A DNA stretch of 55,102 nt from Alphaproteobacteria bacterium. GTDB taxonomy: Bacteria; Pseudomonadota; Alphaproteobacteria; UBA9219; RFNS01. The position numbers and the translations under genes are program-made. Positions 46,099 to 54,837 of this stretch are shown one piece after another. The stretch's first letter is position 1, and every line of letters starts with the position of its first letter. Below the pieces are notes generated by a model, which saw only the letters and a program-made list of their open reading frames with translations, made no database searches and was not told the DNA's origin. Where the stretch lies: the NCBI GenBank assembly GCA_009927055.1, contig RFNS01000061.1:1-55102 (forward strand), read 5' to 3'.

Positions 46099-46259
46099 TG
46101 TGCGCCTCCTTTTTTGGCTTTGAGTCTCAGTGCGCCGCGCAACCAGCGGCAGACCAGTTCGGCCTTTGCCAGCAGTCGGCGTAGTTCGGTTTCGTCCATC
46201 TCCAGCAATTGCCCGACGGGCGTGCCGTAGACGGCGTCTAGTGATTGTGAATCGCTCAT
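46095..46259 (-). CDS. Small hypothetical, first gene of replication operon
   Basis: AAGGAG RBS before ATG 46259; ATGA coupling downstream. Confidence 0.55.
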   Translation of the reverse strand: MSDSQSLDAVYGTPVGQLLEMDETELRRLLAKAELVCRWLRGALRLKAKKGGAQ

Positions 46260-46410
46260 TCGATGCTCCTTGGTTTCGTTATTGCTCCTGGTTGCCGTTT
46301 GCATTGCTGCTGTCGGGTCTTGGCGCCGCCAAAGAGCAAAAGCGGTCGCGGTATTTCCCCGAAAGGTTTTGCATTCCCGCGAAGGCCCGACATGAATTCC
46401 CTATGAGGGG

Positions 46411-46442
46411 TTACATACCGAGCGATCGCGGGAACTGTCGGG
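46411..46442 (-). promoter_or_regulatory. Putative phage-sigma promoter, copy A
   Basis: Minus strand CCCGACAGTTCCC-N8-TCGGTATGTAA; matches copy B at 49646-49677. Confidence 0.7.
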
Positions 46443-46447
46443 GTCGG

Positions 46448-47017
46448 TCAGTGCAGATATTTGTGGAGGCCGCGCTCATCAAAATCGCGCCGGATCCGCC
46501 CGATGGTTTCGTAAACCGTGGACGGATGTCGGTTGTGGATTTTGCAGAGCGTGCGGATGGGCAAGTCCTGCATCAGCATCGCGCAATAGAAGCGCGCGGC
46601 TTCCGGCAAGGCACGGATTGCATCCGTCAGGTCAATCGTCAGATCGACTTGGCGTGCATGATTTGGGTGCGCCCCCCAGATGGACATGGATTCCGGAATG
46701 TCGTCGCGATCGCCGTCTTCCAGGTACGAATCCAGCGATGCGGCATGGAAACCGCCATTGCGTTTTTCTGCCTTCGCCGCTTTGATCATCGCCGCGCATT
46801 TGTGGCGCAGGATGCGGTCGGTGAAGGTTTTGCGGCAGGATTTTTCTGGGTCGAAGGATTGGATGCGCGAGAGATAGTCGAGCATTAATTCCTGCTCGAT
46901 ATCCTCAATCTCCATTCCGGCCATGGTATGGTGCCGGAGCATTTGACGTGAATGGTAACGGACTTGTGAAACGACATACGGATCGATGCCGTCGTAACGG
47001 TTTTGGCTCTTGCTCAT
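46448..47017 (-). CDS. Phage sigma70/ECF-like factor
   Basis: EDIEQEL..FDPEKS..TFTDRI region 2; AIRALPE..STVYETIGRIR region 4. Confidence 0.75.
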   Translation of the reverse strand: MSKSQNRYDGIDPYVVSQVRYHSRQMLRHHTMAGMEIEDIEQELMLDYLSRIQSFDPEKSCRKTFTDRILRHKCAAMIKAAKAEKRNGGFHAASLDSYLEDGDRDDIPESMSIWGAHPNHARQVDLTIDLTDAIRALPEAARFYCAMLMQDLPIRTLCKIHNRHPSTVYETIGRIRRDFDERGLHKYLH

Positions 47018-47124
47018 TGTTTTCGCCTTTGTTTGCTTTGACGGCCACGCGGGCCGGACAAAGGGACTGGCGAAAACTCACTGGACGACTGGATTTGAGG
47101 TCTTTTCCAGACCGCCTAAAAAGC

Positions 47125-47149
47125 AAAAAGCCGCCTGTGCGGCGGCTTT
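47125..47149 (-). terminator. Intrinsic terminator between recombinase operon and sigma gene
   Basis: AAAGCCGCC-N5-GGCGGCTTT stem followed by a T-run on the minus strand. Confidence 0.6.
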
Positions 47150-47184
47150 AAGGGCGAAAATAATTTTGATTTTTTTTCAGGGTG

Positions 47185-47204
47185 TCCGGTGAATTTTCAC
47201 CGGA
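47185..47204. promoter_or_regulatory. Perfect 9-2-9 palindrome upstream of the sigma gene
   Basis: TCCGGTGAA-TT-TTCACCGGA. Confidence 0.55.
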
Positions 47205-47220
47205 GATAGTGGCGACCCTA

Positions 47221-47634
47221 TCAGGCGGTCAAGCCAAAGTGGCGGTTTTGGGCTTCCCAATCGTCAGGGAAAGGCTGGAGAAGCTCGGTTAATTTCATGC
47301 TCTTGGGCTGTGTGCCGTCTAAAATCATTTCCTTAATATTGGGCGCAAGAAGGTTCAGCCGGATGATGCGCGAAACGTAGGATGGGTTGATTTCATTTTC
47401 GACGGCCAGCTGATCGATATTTTTGACCTTGCCTGTTTCCAGCCATTGGCTCCATTTATGGGCGCGCGCCAGTGCTTTCAGCATTTTATCATCTTTGCGT
47501 GAGGGGTTGATGAAGGGGATCTCGCCCTCGGTCGGCGGCACGATCATATAACGCCGACCGAATTTTCTGGTGAAGTTCACGGGGATGCAGATATTGATGA
47601 TATTGCCGTCGAGAGAAATCATGGCCTTATTCAT
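47221..47634 (-). CDS. Recombinase-associated HTH protein
   Basis: KALARAHKW..SYVSRIIRLNLLAPNI..ILDG..PDDWEAQ; ATGA-coupled to the recombinase. Confidence 0.75.
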   Translation of the reverse strand: MNKAMISLDGNIINICIPVNFTRKFGRRYMIVPPTEGEIPFINPSRKDDKMLKALARAHKWSQWLETGKVKNIDQLAVENEINPSYVSRIIRLNLLAPNIKEMILDGTQPKSMKLTELLQPFPDDWEAQNRHFGLTA

Positions 47635-48977
47635 GCGGCCTCCTTATGTTGTTGAACATACTGAATATCGCGTACCAGACTGTTCAGACCTTCGGCGTGG
47701 ATACGAATATCGATGCGGTCGTTGTTGACGATGATTTTATCAATCAACAACTTTAAGAGCCGCGCTTGTTCAGTCGGAAACAATTCATCCCAAACAAGGT
47801 TTAGGTTTTGGAGTGACGATCGCACGTCCTGTTCTGATATTTTGTGGTCATCCTTGATGGCCTCGCGCCAGACCCGCACCATCATCTCTGGTGTGCAGAG
47901 CGCAAGACGCATTTGATTAAGGACAATGTTCTCTAGCTCTCCGGCGGGTACTGCGCCGATCGGGCAATCTTCGATCTCGTTCTTCAGATGGGCACTTGCT
48001 TTATAGTACCGATACAGCCTGCCGTTCGGCTTTTTTGAATGGGTCGGCGTAAGCACGGATTGACAACCGCCGCATACGGCCAGTCCCTGCAGCAACGCCG
48101 TCGAGAGACCGCGCGTTCGCACGGCACGTTTGCGTGGACTTTCTTTGAGAGTTGAATGCACTTTTTCCCAAAGTGCAAAGTCAATGATCGGCTGGTGCTG
48201 GCCTGGGTAGGTATTTCCCTTGTGATTGATTTCGCCAAGATAAGTGCGATTATAAAGAGCTTTGTAAAGAAAACCTTTGGTAATCGGACGTCCGCCGCGT
48301 TGTTTTCCATTTTTGCTGACCCAACTTTTCGTTCGATATCCTTGATCGCGCAGTTCCTTTGCCAGCAGTGTCATCGATTTCAGCATGACAAATCGTTCGA
48401 AAATCATTCGGACGAGCTGCGCTTCTTTTTCATCGATCACCAACTTTTTCTCTTTTGTATCGTACCCAAGCGGCTTGATCCCGCCGATCCACATGCCCTT
48501 GCGTTTTGTTGCAGCGATTTTGTCGCGGATACGTTCGCCAATCACTTCACGTTCGAATTGTGCGAAAGACAGCAGGATGTTGAGCGTGAGCCGTCCCATG
48601 GAGGTGGTGGTATTGAATTGCTGGGTAACAGAAACGAAGCTGACGTTGTGTTTGTCGAAAAGATCGATCAGCTTGGCAAAATCGGAGAGCGCGCGCGACA
48701 GGCGGTCAACTTTATAAACCACGACCACGTCGATTAGGCCGTTTTCAATGTCGCGTATAAGTTTTTTCAGCGCCGGACGATCCATGGATCCGCCTGAAAA
48801 GCCCCCATCGTCGTAGTATTCCGGCACCAACGTCCAGCCTTCGTGACGTTGCGCGTTGATATAGGATTCTCCGGCCTCGCGCTGTGCGTCGAGACTGTTG
48901 AATTCCATGTCGAGACCTTCCTCGGTGGATTTGCGCGTATAAATCGCACAGCGAATTCTTTTCTTTTGTTCTGTCAT
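47631..48977 (-). CDS. Large serine recombinase (prophage integrase)
   Basis: YTRKST, DDGGFSG, YKVDRLSR, FAQFERE, PLGY, CGGC zinc ribbon. Confidence 0.95.
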   Translation of the reverse strand: MTEQKKRIRCAIYTRKSTEEGLDMEFNSLDAQREAGESYINAQRHEGWTLVPEYYDDGGFSGGSMDRPALKKLIRDIENGLIDVVVVYKVDRLSRALSDFAKLIDLFDKHNVSFVSVTQQFNTTTSMGRLTLNILLSFAQFEREVIGERIRDKIAATKRKGMWIGGIKPLGYDTKEKKLVIDEKEAQLVRMIFERFVMLKSMTLLAKELRDQGYRTKSWVSKNGKQRGGRPITKGFLYKALYNRTYLGEINHKGNTYPGQHQPIIDFALWEKVHSTLKESPRKRAVRTRGLSTALLQGLAVCGGCQSVLTPTHSKKPNGRLYRYYKASAHLKNEIEDCPIGAVPAGELENIVLNQMRLALCTPEMMVRVWREAIKDDHKISEQDVRSSLQNLNLVWDELFPTEQARLLKLLIDKIIVNNDRIDIRIHAEGLNSLVRDIQYVQQHKEAA

Positions 48978-49432
48978 GCCTTGTCCTCTTTATTTCTTTT
49001 ATTGCGTATCAGGCCGAAGAAAACGGGGCCTGACCAACTCGTTCCTGTAATTTCGCGCGCGATTTGGGATAGGCTTTTGTAACGCATACCGTTGTATTCA
49101 AATCCGTGGTCAAGGACGGTCACGCGGTGTTCGATGCCGTGATGCACGCGCACGAGCTTTGTTCCTGCAACGGGCATGTGGATGCCTGTGCCGCGCGGCT
49201 TGCGTAAATTTTCCGAAAGACTCTCCTTCGCGTATTGCTCAAGTCGTTTTTCGATAATGCTGCTGTCCACGTTATGGGCGATTTCCTGCAGGCGATAAGC
49301 CAGCCGTTTGACCAAATAGGGCTTGTTGTATTTCGGCGGTTTGGCCTGAAAAAGCTCTTCCCACATGGCCGCCAGTTCACCCATAGGCATTTGCGGTAAG
49401 GCGGAAACTCTTGCTAAGACATTGTTTTGCAT
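48974..49432 (-). CDS. DUF2924 protein
   Basis: LAYRLQE, GTKLVR, YKSLSQIAREITGTSWSGPVFFGL. Confidence 0.88.
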   Translation of the reverse strand: MQNNVLARVSALPQMPMGELAAMWEELFQAKPPKYNKPYLVKRLAYRLQEIAHNVDSSIIEKRLEQYAKESLSENLRKPRGTGIHMPVAGTKLVRVHHGIEHRVTVLDHGFEYNGMRYKSLSQIAREITGTSWSGPVFFGLIRNKRNKEDKA

Positions 49433-49617
49433 TGACTATTTTCCTCTTTCTGGTTTTGTCCATGAATGCTTCCTGGCTCTCTGAAGTCCAGTGAATAGTC
49501 TCTCTTGTCAGCGGTTTTCAGCTTTTGCAGGCGACGGACGATGCCACGGCTAAGAATCAGGCCGACTTCACTCATACGCTCGTCTGCAGTCATCAGGTTT
49601 GGATCCAATCTATTCAT
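49414..49617 (-). CDS. Small hypothetical, first gene of recombinase operon
   Basis: GGAGG RBS; MTADERMSEVGLILSRGIVR. Confidence 0.6.
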   Translation of the reverse strand: MNRLDPNLMTADERMSEVGLILSRGIVRRLQKLKTADKRDYSLDFREPGSIHGQNQKEENSQCKTMS

Positions 49618-49645
49618 GTTCACCTCCGTACTGTTCCATGCGCTA

Positions 49646-49677
49646 TTACTTACCGAATGCGTAGGGGAAGTGTCGGG
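49646..49677 (-). promoter_or_regulatory. Putative phage-sigma promoter, copy B
   Basis: Minus strand CCCGACACTTCCC-N8-TCGGTAAGTAA. Confidence 0.7.
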
Positions 49678-49689
49678 ATAAGTACGGTA

Positions 49690-49740
49690 TTGACAGCGAA
49701 TTTTCTTGAAATAAGATAATCAAACCTAATAAATATAAGG
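49690..49740 (+). promoter_or_regulatory. Sigma70 promoter and candidate repressor operator of the LexA-like operon
   Basis: TTGACA-N16-TAAGAT (49690-49717); imperfect palindrome CCTAATAAATATAAGG (49725-49740). Confidence 0.55.
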
Positions 49741-49760
49741 CTCATCATAAGGAGATTCGC

Positions 49761-49943
49761 ATGGCAACAAATCCGCCAAAAGGCGATGGCCACCGCAACG
49801 GCGCGGTGCGTGATCGTTCTCAAGTTCTGAACACCAAAACGGGGCATTACACCAAACGCAACGATGACACAGGCCGTTTTATGGATGTGAAATCGGACGG
49901 CGGAAAATTCAAAGGCGTGAGAACCGAGAAGCCGAAAAAATGA
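49761..49943 (+). CDS. Small basic hypothetical protein
   Basis: AAGGAG RBS; ATGA-coupled to the repressor; GAVRDRSQ..TGRFMDVK. Confidence 0.75.
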   Translation: MATNPPKGDGHRNGAVRDRSQVLNTKTGHYTKRNDDTGRFMDVKSDGGKFKGVRTEKPKK

Positions 49944-50623
49944 GAGCGCTAAAAAAACTACCAAGCACCGGAAATCTGACACCCGCGCAAGAGACGATGT
50001 TGCGTACTATCAGCGCGTTCAAAGATCGGCGCGGTGTCGCTCCAACTGTGCAGGAACTTGCTGCCATTCTTTCGATCCAGCCGCCCAGCGCACACGAGCT
50101 GTTGGGGCGTTTGGAAGAAAAAGGATATATTCAGCGCGAACCGCGCAAGGCGCGCGCAATGACGGTCGTGAAAGATTTCATGCCGCGCACGCGTCAGATG
50201 GTCAATGTTCCGATCGTGGGTCGCGTTGCTGCGGGTGCGCCGATACTGGCCATCGAAAATAAAGTTGGTGAAATCATGGTCGATGCCATGATTGCGCGCG
50301 GTAATTGCTTCGCGCTTCAAGTGTGCGGCGATAGCATGATCGATGTGGATATTAATGACGGCGACTATGTTGTCGTGCGTCAACAACAGCTTGCCGAGTC
50401 TGGCGACATTGTCGTTGCCATGCGCGACGGGGAAGCGACCGTAAAGCGGTTGTTTATAGCAGATGAAAAAATCGAACTGAGGCCCGAAAACAAAAAACTG
50501 AAACCAATCATCATCAGCCATGACGATGACTTCTCAATTGTGGGAAGGGTCGTCAGCGTTTGTTCCAGAGCCGATCCTATCAATCAGGCAAAGGAGCAAC
50601 AGGATGGCGACATATTCCCTTAA
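49940..50623 (+). CDS. LexA-like self-cleaving repressor
   Basis: PTVQELA wHTH, GRVAAG cleavage site, GDSM (Ser), TVKR (Lys). Confidence 0.92.
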   Translation: MRALKKLPSTGNLTPAQETMLRTISAFKDRRGVAPTVQELAAILSIQPPSAHELLGRLEEKGYIQREPRKARAMTVVKDFMPRTRQMVNVPIVGRVAAGAPILAIENKVGEIMVDAMIARGNCFALQVCGDSMIDVDINDGDYVVVRQQQLAESGDIVVAMRDGEATVKRLFIADEKIELRPENKKLKPIIISHDDDFSIVGRVVSVCSRADPINQAKEQQDGDIFP

Positions 50624-51815
50624 TAAATTTGCACAACCGGATATTCTGAAGAAGATCAAGGATGAGAATCTTTTGCAATTTCTTTCCCCGTACACTTCTT
50701 ATTTGGAGGGGCGCGGGTTCAAGCCGAAAGTGAACGGCAGCGCACAAATCGATTACGATCTGCTCTGCCGGATTCTGATGCAGCCGACCGAGGGCATACC
50801 GCCAGACATGGTGGATGCCCTCTTTTTTGTTCATGAGGTTGCGGACGACGAAATGTACGACGAGTTGCTGGAGATGGCGAAGACCGGAAACGTCACCGTT
50901 CCTGCCGATTGCACACCCGCTGATCTCGCAGTGCTGTTGTGGCTGAAAGACCCAGAGTTGATCAAAAAATCACACGCCGAGGCACTGATGATGAAGCCGA
51001 AGAGCTTCAACAGCTTCCAGTCTGAAAAGGGTAAGGGTAAAAAGCCAAACCTTTCTAGCGGCAATGTTTCTCACCTCGAAAGCCTCATGGACGTGTGGTT
51101 CGAGCAGAATAAACGTGGCAAGGGCTGCAAGGTTTTGTCATTCGATATGGATTATGAGAATAAAGTGTATTTCCTCGTGCGCCACGGCATGCCGTTCAAG
51201 CGCGAAGGCAAAATCGAAGATGGCGAAACAGGCAGCGTGTTCTACCGTCCTGAATTTCACGATGTTGTCATTTACGACATTGATTCCAACGAGCTTCAAA
51301 TCTTTAACAAGTCTGGCGGCAAGAAAGAACGGGCGATGTATCTCTCGGCTTTCGGGCAGGTGTTTTTCAACGATACGGAATACTTCCCCAACGAGGACAA
51401 ATTTACCCTGCAGCCGCTGCTCGACGATGGGGTAAATTCCTTGAGCTGCCTCGACATCGACGGCCTTGCAGAGGTGCGTCTGACAGAGGTGCAGTTGTTG
51501 TTCCGTGGGCCGTACAATGACCGCACGATCTTGCGTTCCAAAGACATCTTCAAATCTTTGGAAGGTCGTAAGCGTAATTTCCCCGATTACGGAACTTTGG
51601 TCGCGGCCAGCTTTCAAGTTAAATTCGATAGCAGTTCAAAGCCGCGCACGGTGAAGATTAAGACCCCAAATATCGCCAGCTTCGATCGGAAAGAAGATGC
51701 ACATATCATTGAGCAATGGATGAAGGCGCGTGGCTTTATCAAGCCACAAGATGTGGTAACCGACGAAGATACTGATGAGGTGGTGACATATGTTGCAGAA
51801 GCAGCCGTGGCATAA
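50604..51815 (+). CDS. Hypothetical protein (403 aa)
   Basis: AAGGAG RBS, long ORF overlapping the repressor end; no recognised motif. Confidence 0.8.
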   Translation: MATYSLNKFAQPDILKKIKDENLLQFLSPYTSYLEGRGFKPKVNGSAQIDYDLLCRILMQPTEGIPPDMVDALFFVHEVADDEMYDELLEMAKTGNVTVPADCTPADLAVLLWLKDPELIKKSHAEALMMKPKSFNSFQSEKGKGKKPNLSSGNVSHLESLMDVWFEQNKRGKGCKVLSFDMDYENKVYFLVRHGMPFKREGKIEDGETGSVFYRPEFHDVVIYDIDSNELQIFNKSGGKKERAMYLSAFGQVFFNDTEYFPNEDKFTLQPLLDDGVNSLSCLDIDGLAEVRLTEVQLLFRGPYNDRTILRSKDIFKSLEGRKRNFPDYGTLVAASFQVKFDSSSKPRTVKIKTPNIASFDRKEDAHIIEQWMKARGFIKPQDVVTDEDTDEVVTYVAEAAVA

Positions 51816-52845
51816 GTTAAGCCAACTTCTCGGTGCGCGCGGCGTAAAGGCAGACTGGACGGGTTTCCCTGAAAATCTGCTAAAGCCCACGAACGAGCTT
51901 GCTGAAACATTTCCATGCGCAGGCAGATGTGGTGGATACATGGATGTGATAAAGCACAACGATGGCCAGCATATTGGTGTGTGTGCCTCTGGCTGCGATA
52001 AGCGGTCGTTGCAAATGAAAGATCTGATCATTCACTACCCCGACACCACGGCTATTTTTTCCGGCCTTGGGCAGGCATTCGGTATCAGTGCAACAAGCCA
52101 CGCAATCATCGACGGCATTCCAGCGTGTTGGCAGATCGGGGATTACAATCCTTCCGCCAGCTATCGATTTCCTGTGGCAACTTTGTTTGACGCGCAGGCA
52201 AGCAGAATTGAGCGCGCGATCGGTCAGCTCGCCGCTAGGTACAAAAACCCTTTCTTTTTTCTTTTGCCGTCCGCGTCCGCCGTAACGCAATCTGTCCAAG
52301 ATGTCGCTCTTCGAAATGGGTGCAAAGTGTTCGCCTACGAAGACCTGATTGAATTTACCAATAATTCTATTCACGTCAGGGGAATGGCCGCCAATATGCT
52401 GGCCGAAATTTCTGCTGGTTGGATCAAGCACATTGACGGTGCGCCTGGAGAAACGCGTTACCCGACGCCCGCAGGCGCGAAGTGGGAAGATTTTGTTCTG
52501 GAATTTACCGCCGACGAGATGATCACCGTTTCCTGCAAGGGCCAAGGCCACAAGCAGTTCAGCGCCGAAGACCTCCAAATGCGTGACAAGCGTACCAAGA
52601 AACCCAAAAAGGCATGGACGTTCCTGCAGGCCATGGCGGCGGCGAACGGCAATATGTCGGTCAGCGATATCGACAAGGTCAAAAAGACCAAGCAGGAAGT
52701 TTCAGCCAATCTCCAGCGCGTGTTCCAGATTCCCGATGACGACCCGATTGAGTGGTCAGGCGAGGACACAGCCTACAAAGCCAAATTCATCGTGCGTGGC
52801 GGGGAGAAATTGACCCTGTCGAACGCGCGCAAGCGGACGGCTTAG
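51790..52845 (+). CDS. Hypothetical protein with Cys cluster and probable C-terminal DNA-binding domain
   Basis: CAGRC..CASGC; basic helical C-terminal ~110 aa; GAGG RBS. Confidence 0.75.
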   Translation: MLQKQPWHKLSQLLGARGVKADWTGFPENLLKPTNELAETFPCAGRCGGYMDVIKHNDGQHIGVCASGCDKRSLQMKDLIIHYPDTTAIFSGLGQAFGISATSHAIIDGIPACWQIGDYNPSASYRFPVATLFDAQASRIERAIGQLAARYKNPFFFLLPSASAVTQSVQDVALRNGCKVFAYEDLIEFTNNSIHVRGMAANMLAEISAGWIKHIDGAPGETRYPTPAGAKWEDFVLEFTADEMITVSCKGQGHKQFSAEDLQMRDKRTKKPKKAWTFLQAMAAANGNMSVSDIDKVKKTKQEVSANLQRVFQIPDDDPIEWSGEDTAYKAKFIVRGGEKLTLSNARKRTA

Positions 52846-53039
52846 GCTGCTTTGTCAGCCTGCACGGCCAAACCGATCACATGGTGAACTAGGAATGCGT
52901 CGATCAACGACAGGGCGTAGCCCTTGCTGATCGGCAGCATATCTTCCGTCAGCATGGTATCGACGTATTCCGCCGCATTCCAAAGTTTGCGGGTCTGCTC
53001 CGGATTGTTCGGATCGCCGCCGTTTAATTCGCGGAATAC
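52842..53039 (-). pseudogene. Start-less 3' gene remnant
   Basis: VFRELNGGDPNNPEQTRKLWNAAEYVDTMLTEDMLPISKGYALSLIDAFLVHHVIGLAVQADKAA* begins in frame right after the TAG of the MerT-like gene. Confidence 0.5.
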
Positions 53040-53402
53040 CTATACAAAAAAACGATGTGCATTGGCAGCAAAAAATCCGATGCACCATACTACAACTGCA
53101 AGCCAGTAAAAACGACGATTCCACCTATCCGCCTTTTTACACGCTTGTGCAAGAACAGGATCAGCAGGGCAAATTCTGCCTGAACGGTAGAGCATCCATC
53201 CTGCAAACAACAAAATGGCCGCCGTAACGCCGAATGTGATTTCTTCATTACGTCCGAACCATTGTAGAAAAGAAAGTTTCTCTCCGTACAAGCTGGCAAC
53301 TACTGATCCCATACCAAGATTTACCAACACTATAGGTAACGCGCAACAGAGCAAGGTTGGAGTGGAAGCAAAAAGCAGCCAGAATCCCCATCGTTTTGGC
53401 AT
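53040..53402 (-). CDS. MerT-like three-TM metal transport protein
   Basis: TLLCCALP Cys pair in TM1; CPADP..AC loop. Confidence 0.72.
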   Translation of the reverse strand: MPKRWGFWLLFASTPTLLCCALPIVLVNLGMGSVVASLYGEKLSFLQWFGRNEEITFGVTAAILLFAGWMLYRSGRICPADPVLAQACKKADRWNRRFYWLAVVVWCIGFFAANAHRFFV

Positions 53403-53412
53403 GTTGGTTTTA

Positions 53413-53622
53413 TTAGTCACAGCAGCCCCCTTTTTGTTGTTGGATCGACGGACAAGGCACATCACCATAGGAGCAATAGACACAGCAGTCGCCATGCTTC
53501 GGCCTCAATACCTCTCCGCAGAAACTGCATTCGTAAAAATACTGGCAGGCATCAGTCGGCATGGTTTCCGTTTTTTCGCTGCCGCATTTTGGGCAGGTGA
53601 TGCTGGATTCAGGCGTAAACAT
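53413..53622 (-). CDS. GDCCVxC-domain protein
   Basis: ITCPKCG..MPTDACQYFYEC..C..GDCCVYCSYGDVPCP. Confidence 0.88.
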   Translation of the reverse strand: MFTPESSITCPKCGSEKTETMPTDACQYFYECSFCGEVLRPKHGDCCVYCSYGDVPCPSIQQQKGGCCD

Positions 53623-53918
53623 TAACAGCCCTCGCGCTTGGTCACGCCCTTAAAGGTGAATCCGCGCTCGGCGAACATGACTTTTAATTGTTCGTCGTCT
53701 AGCTTCACACGCTCATCGGCGCACAGGCTAATCTTCCCTGCGTCAATATCCGTCTTCACTGAGGACACACCTTCAATAGCTTTCAGGTTTTTTTCGGCAC
53801 TACCAACGCATGAGAGGCAGGTAATGCCGCCGATGCTTAAGTCATAACCAATGTTAGCCGCTAGTGTGGGTGATACGATAAATATTGAGAGGGCGATTGT
53901 TAGCAAGGTTCGTTTCAT
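53622..53918 (-). CDS. Periplasmic HMA-domain protein (MerP/CopZ-like)
   Basis: Signal peptide; GITCLSC. Confidence 0.82.
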   Translation of the reverse strand: MKRTLLTIALSIFIVSPTLAANIGYDLSIGGITCLSCVGSAEKNLKAIEGVSSVKTDIDAGKISLCADERVKLDDEQLKVMFAERGFTFKGVTKREGC

Positions 53919-54325
53919 GATGGTTCTCCGTAAAAATATTCAAGGATGCTGCATTCCTTCAGGCGCGTGCCTTTGCCCTTGCAGGCGGAGGCCAGTTTCT
54001 CAAGGCCACGCTTCATGGTTTGCAGATCATCCATGCGTTGCTGAATCTGAAGTATTTTATCCTGAACACGTTGCTTTACATCGGCGCAATCTGCTTCTTG
54101 CGTGTGATGCAACTCAAGCAATTCCTTGATTTCTTCAAGTGTCAAGCCAAGGCTTTGTGCCCTACGCACGAACTTTAGCTTCTTAATGCTGCTTGGGTCG
54201 TACACACGGTAGCCAGAGGCAGTGCGGTCAAGCGGCATGAGCAACCCCATGCGTTCGTAATAGCGAACGGTGTCGATATTCACATCGCAAGACTTTGCCA
54301 GTTTACCAATGGTTAGCGTACTCAT
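53915..54325 (-). CDS. MerR-family metal-responsive regulator
   Basis: TIGKLAK..DTVRYYER..GYRVY; three Cys (ADC, SAC, ECSIL) as in divalent-metal sensors. Confidence 0.92.
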   Translation of the reverse strand: MSTLTIGKLAKSCDVNIDTVRYYERMGLLMPLDRTASGYRVYDPSSIKKLKFVRRAQSLGLTLEEIKELLELHHTQEADCADVKQRVQDKILQIQQRMDDLQTMKRGLEKLASACKGKGTRLKECSILEYFYGEPS

Positions 54326-54343
54326 AATCAACTCCATAATCTC

Positions 54344-54374
54344 ATTATAATCCTTGAGTATAGTCTAGAGTCAA
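54344..54374 (-). promoter_or_regulatory. MerR-type promoter with 19-bp spacer
   Basis: TTGACT-N19-TATAAT with dyad CTAGACTATACTCAAG in the spacer. Confidence 0.88.
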
Positions 54375-54407
54375 GAGTTTTTTATTAACTAAAACCAGGA
54401 GAAACCG

Positions 54408-54632
54408 ATGATCGATGCCGCCGAACGACTGTTGCTGCTGTATATCGGCCTGATCGCGCCGACCACCAGCTATACGCCGCCCAGCGTAGCAAATTTCGAG
54501 TCGGCACAAAGCAGCGTCAGCGTGAAGGTGCGGCTTCAGATGATCGAGAAAGGAAGTAAAGCCTATGGCTCGGATCGCCGTAATGGCAACAGGTTAACTC
54601 TGGTAGGGCAAAGCATGAAAAACCAATGTTGA
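54408..54632 (+). CDS. Possible small hypothetical or gene fragment
   Basis: AGGAG RBS, divergent from merR; no motif. Confidence 0.3.
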   Translation: MIDAAERLLLLYIGLIAPTTSYTPPSVANFESAQSSVSVKVRLQMIEKGSKAYGSDRRNGNRLTLVGQSMKNQC

Positions 54633-54807
54633 GTAAACCCTTGAAACCTATTGACCGAAACCTGTGAACATGGTGGCAATCAGTACGGAGGTTTCTGAGA
54701 GAAAAGGCCCGTAGAGAGAGAAATGAGCCGGATTTTCACCGCCACGGCCAAAACCATGTCAGGAGGTTTTCGCGGAACACGTTGCAGGAGTTGGAGTTTT
54801 TCCGGCG

Positions 54808-54837
54808 ACCCCTATACCGGTATAGGGGTGTTTTTTT
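54808..54837. terminator. 22-bp perfect palindrome plus T-tract next to tRNA 3' end
   Basis: ACCCCTATACCGGTATAGGGGT (54808-54829) then GTTTTTTT on the plus strand. Confidence 0.55.

Larger units (their letters stand above)
25685..52845. mobile_element. Defective prophage lacking head, packaging, connector and tail-tube genes
   Basis: Lysis, tail-tip, tape measure, replication, recombinase and repressor modules present; no terminase, portal, capsid or tube ORF; fusion scar near 38.9 kb. Confidence 0.85.

Noticed and set aside
53413-53622. Selenoprotein recoding in the GDCCVxC protein
   Set aside because: The motif uses TGC/TGT codons; no in-frame TGA.
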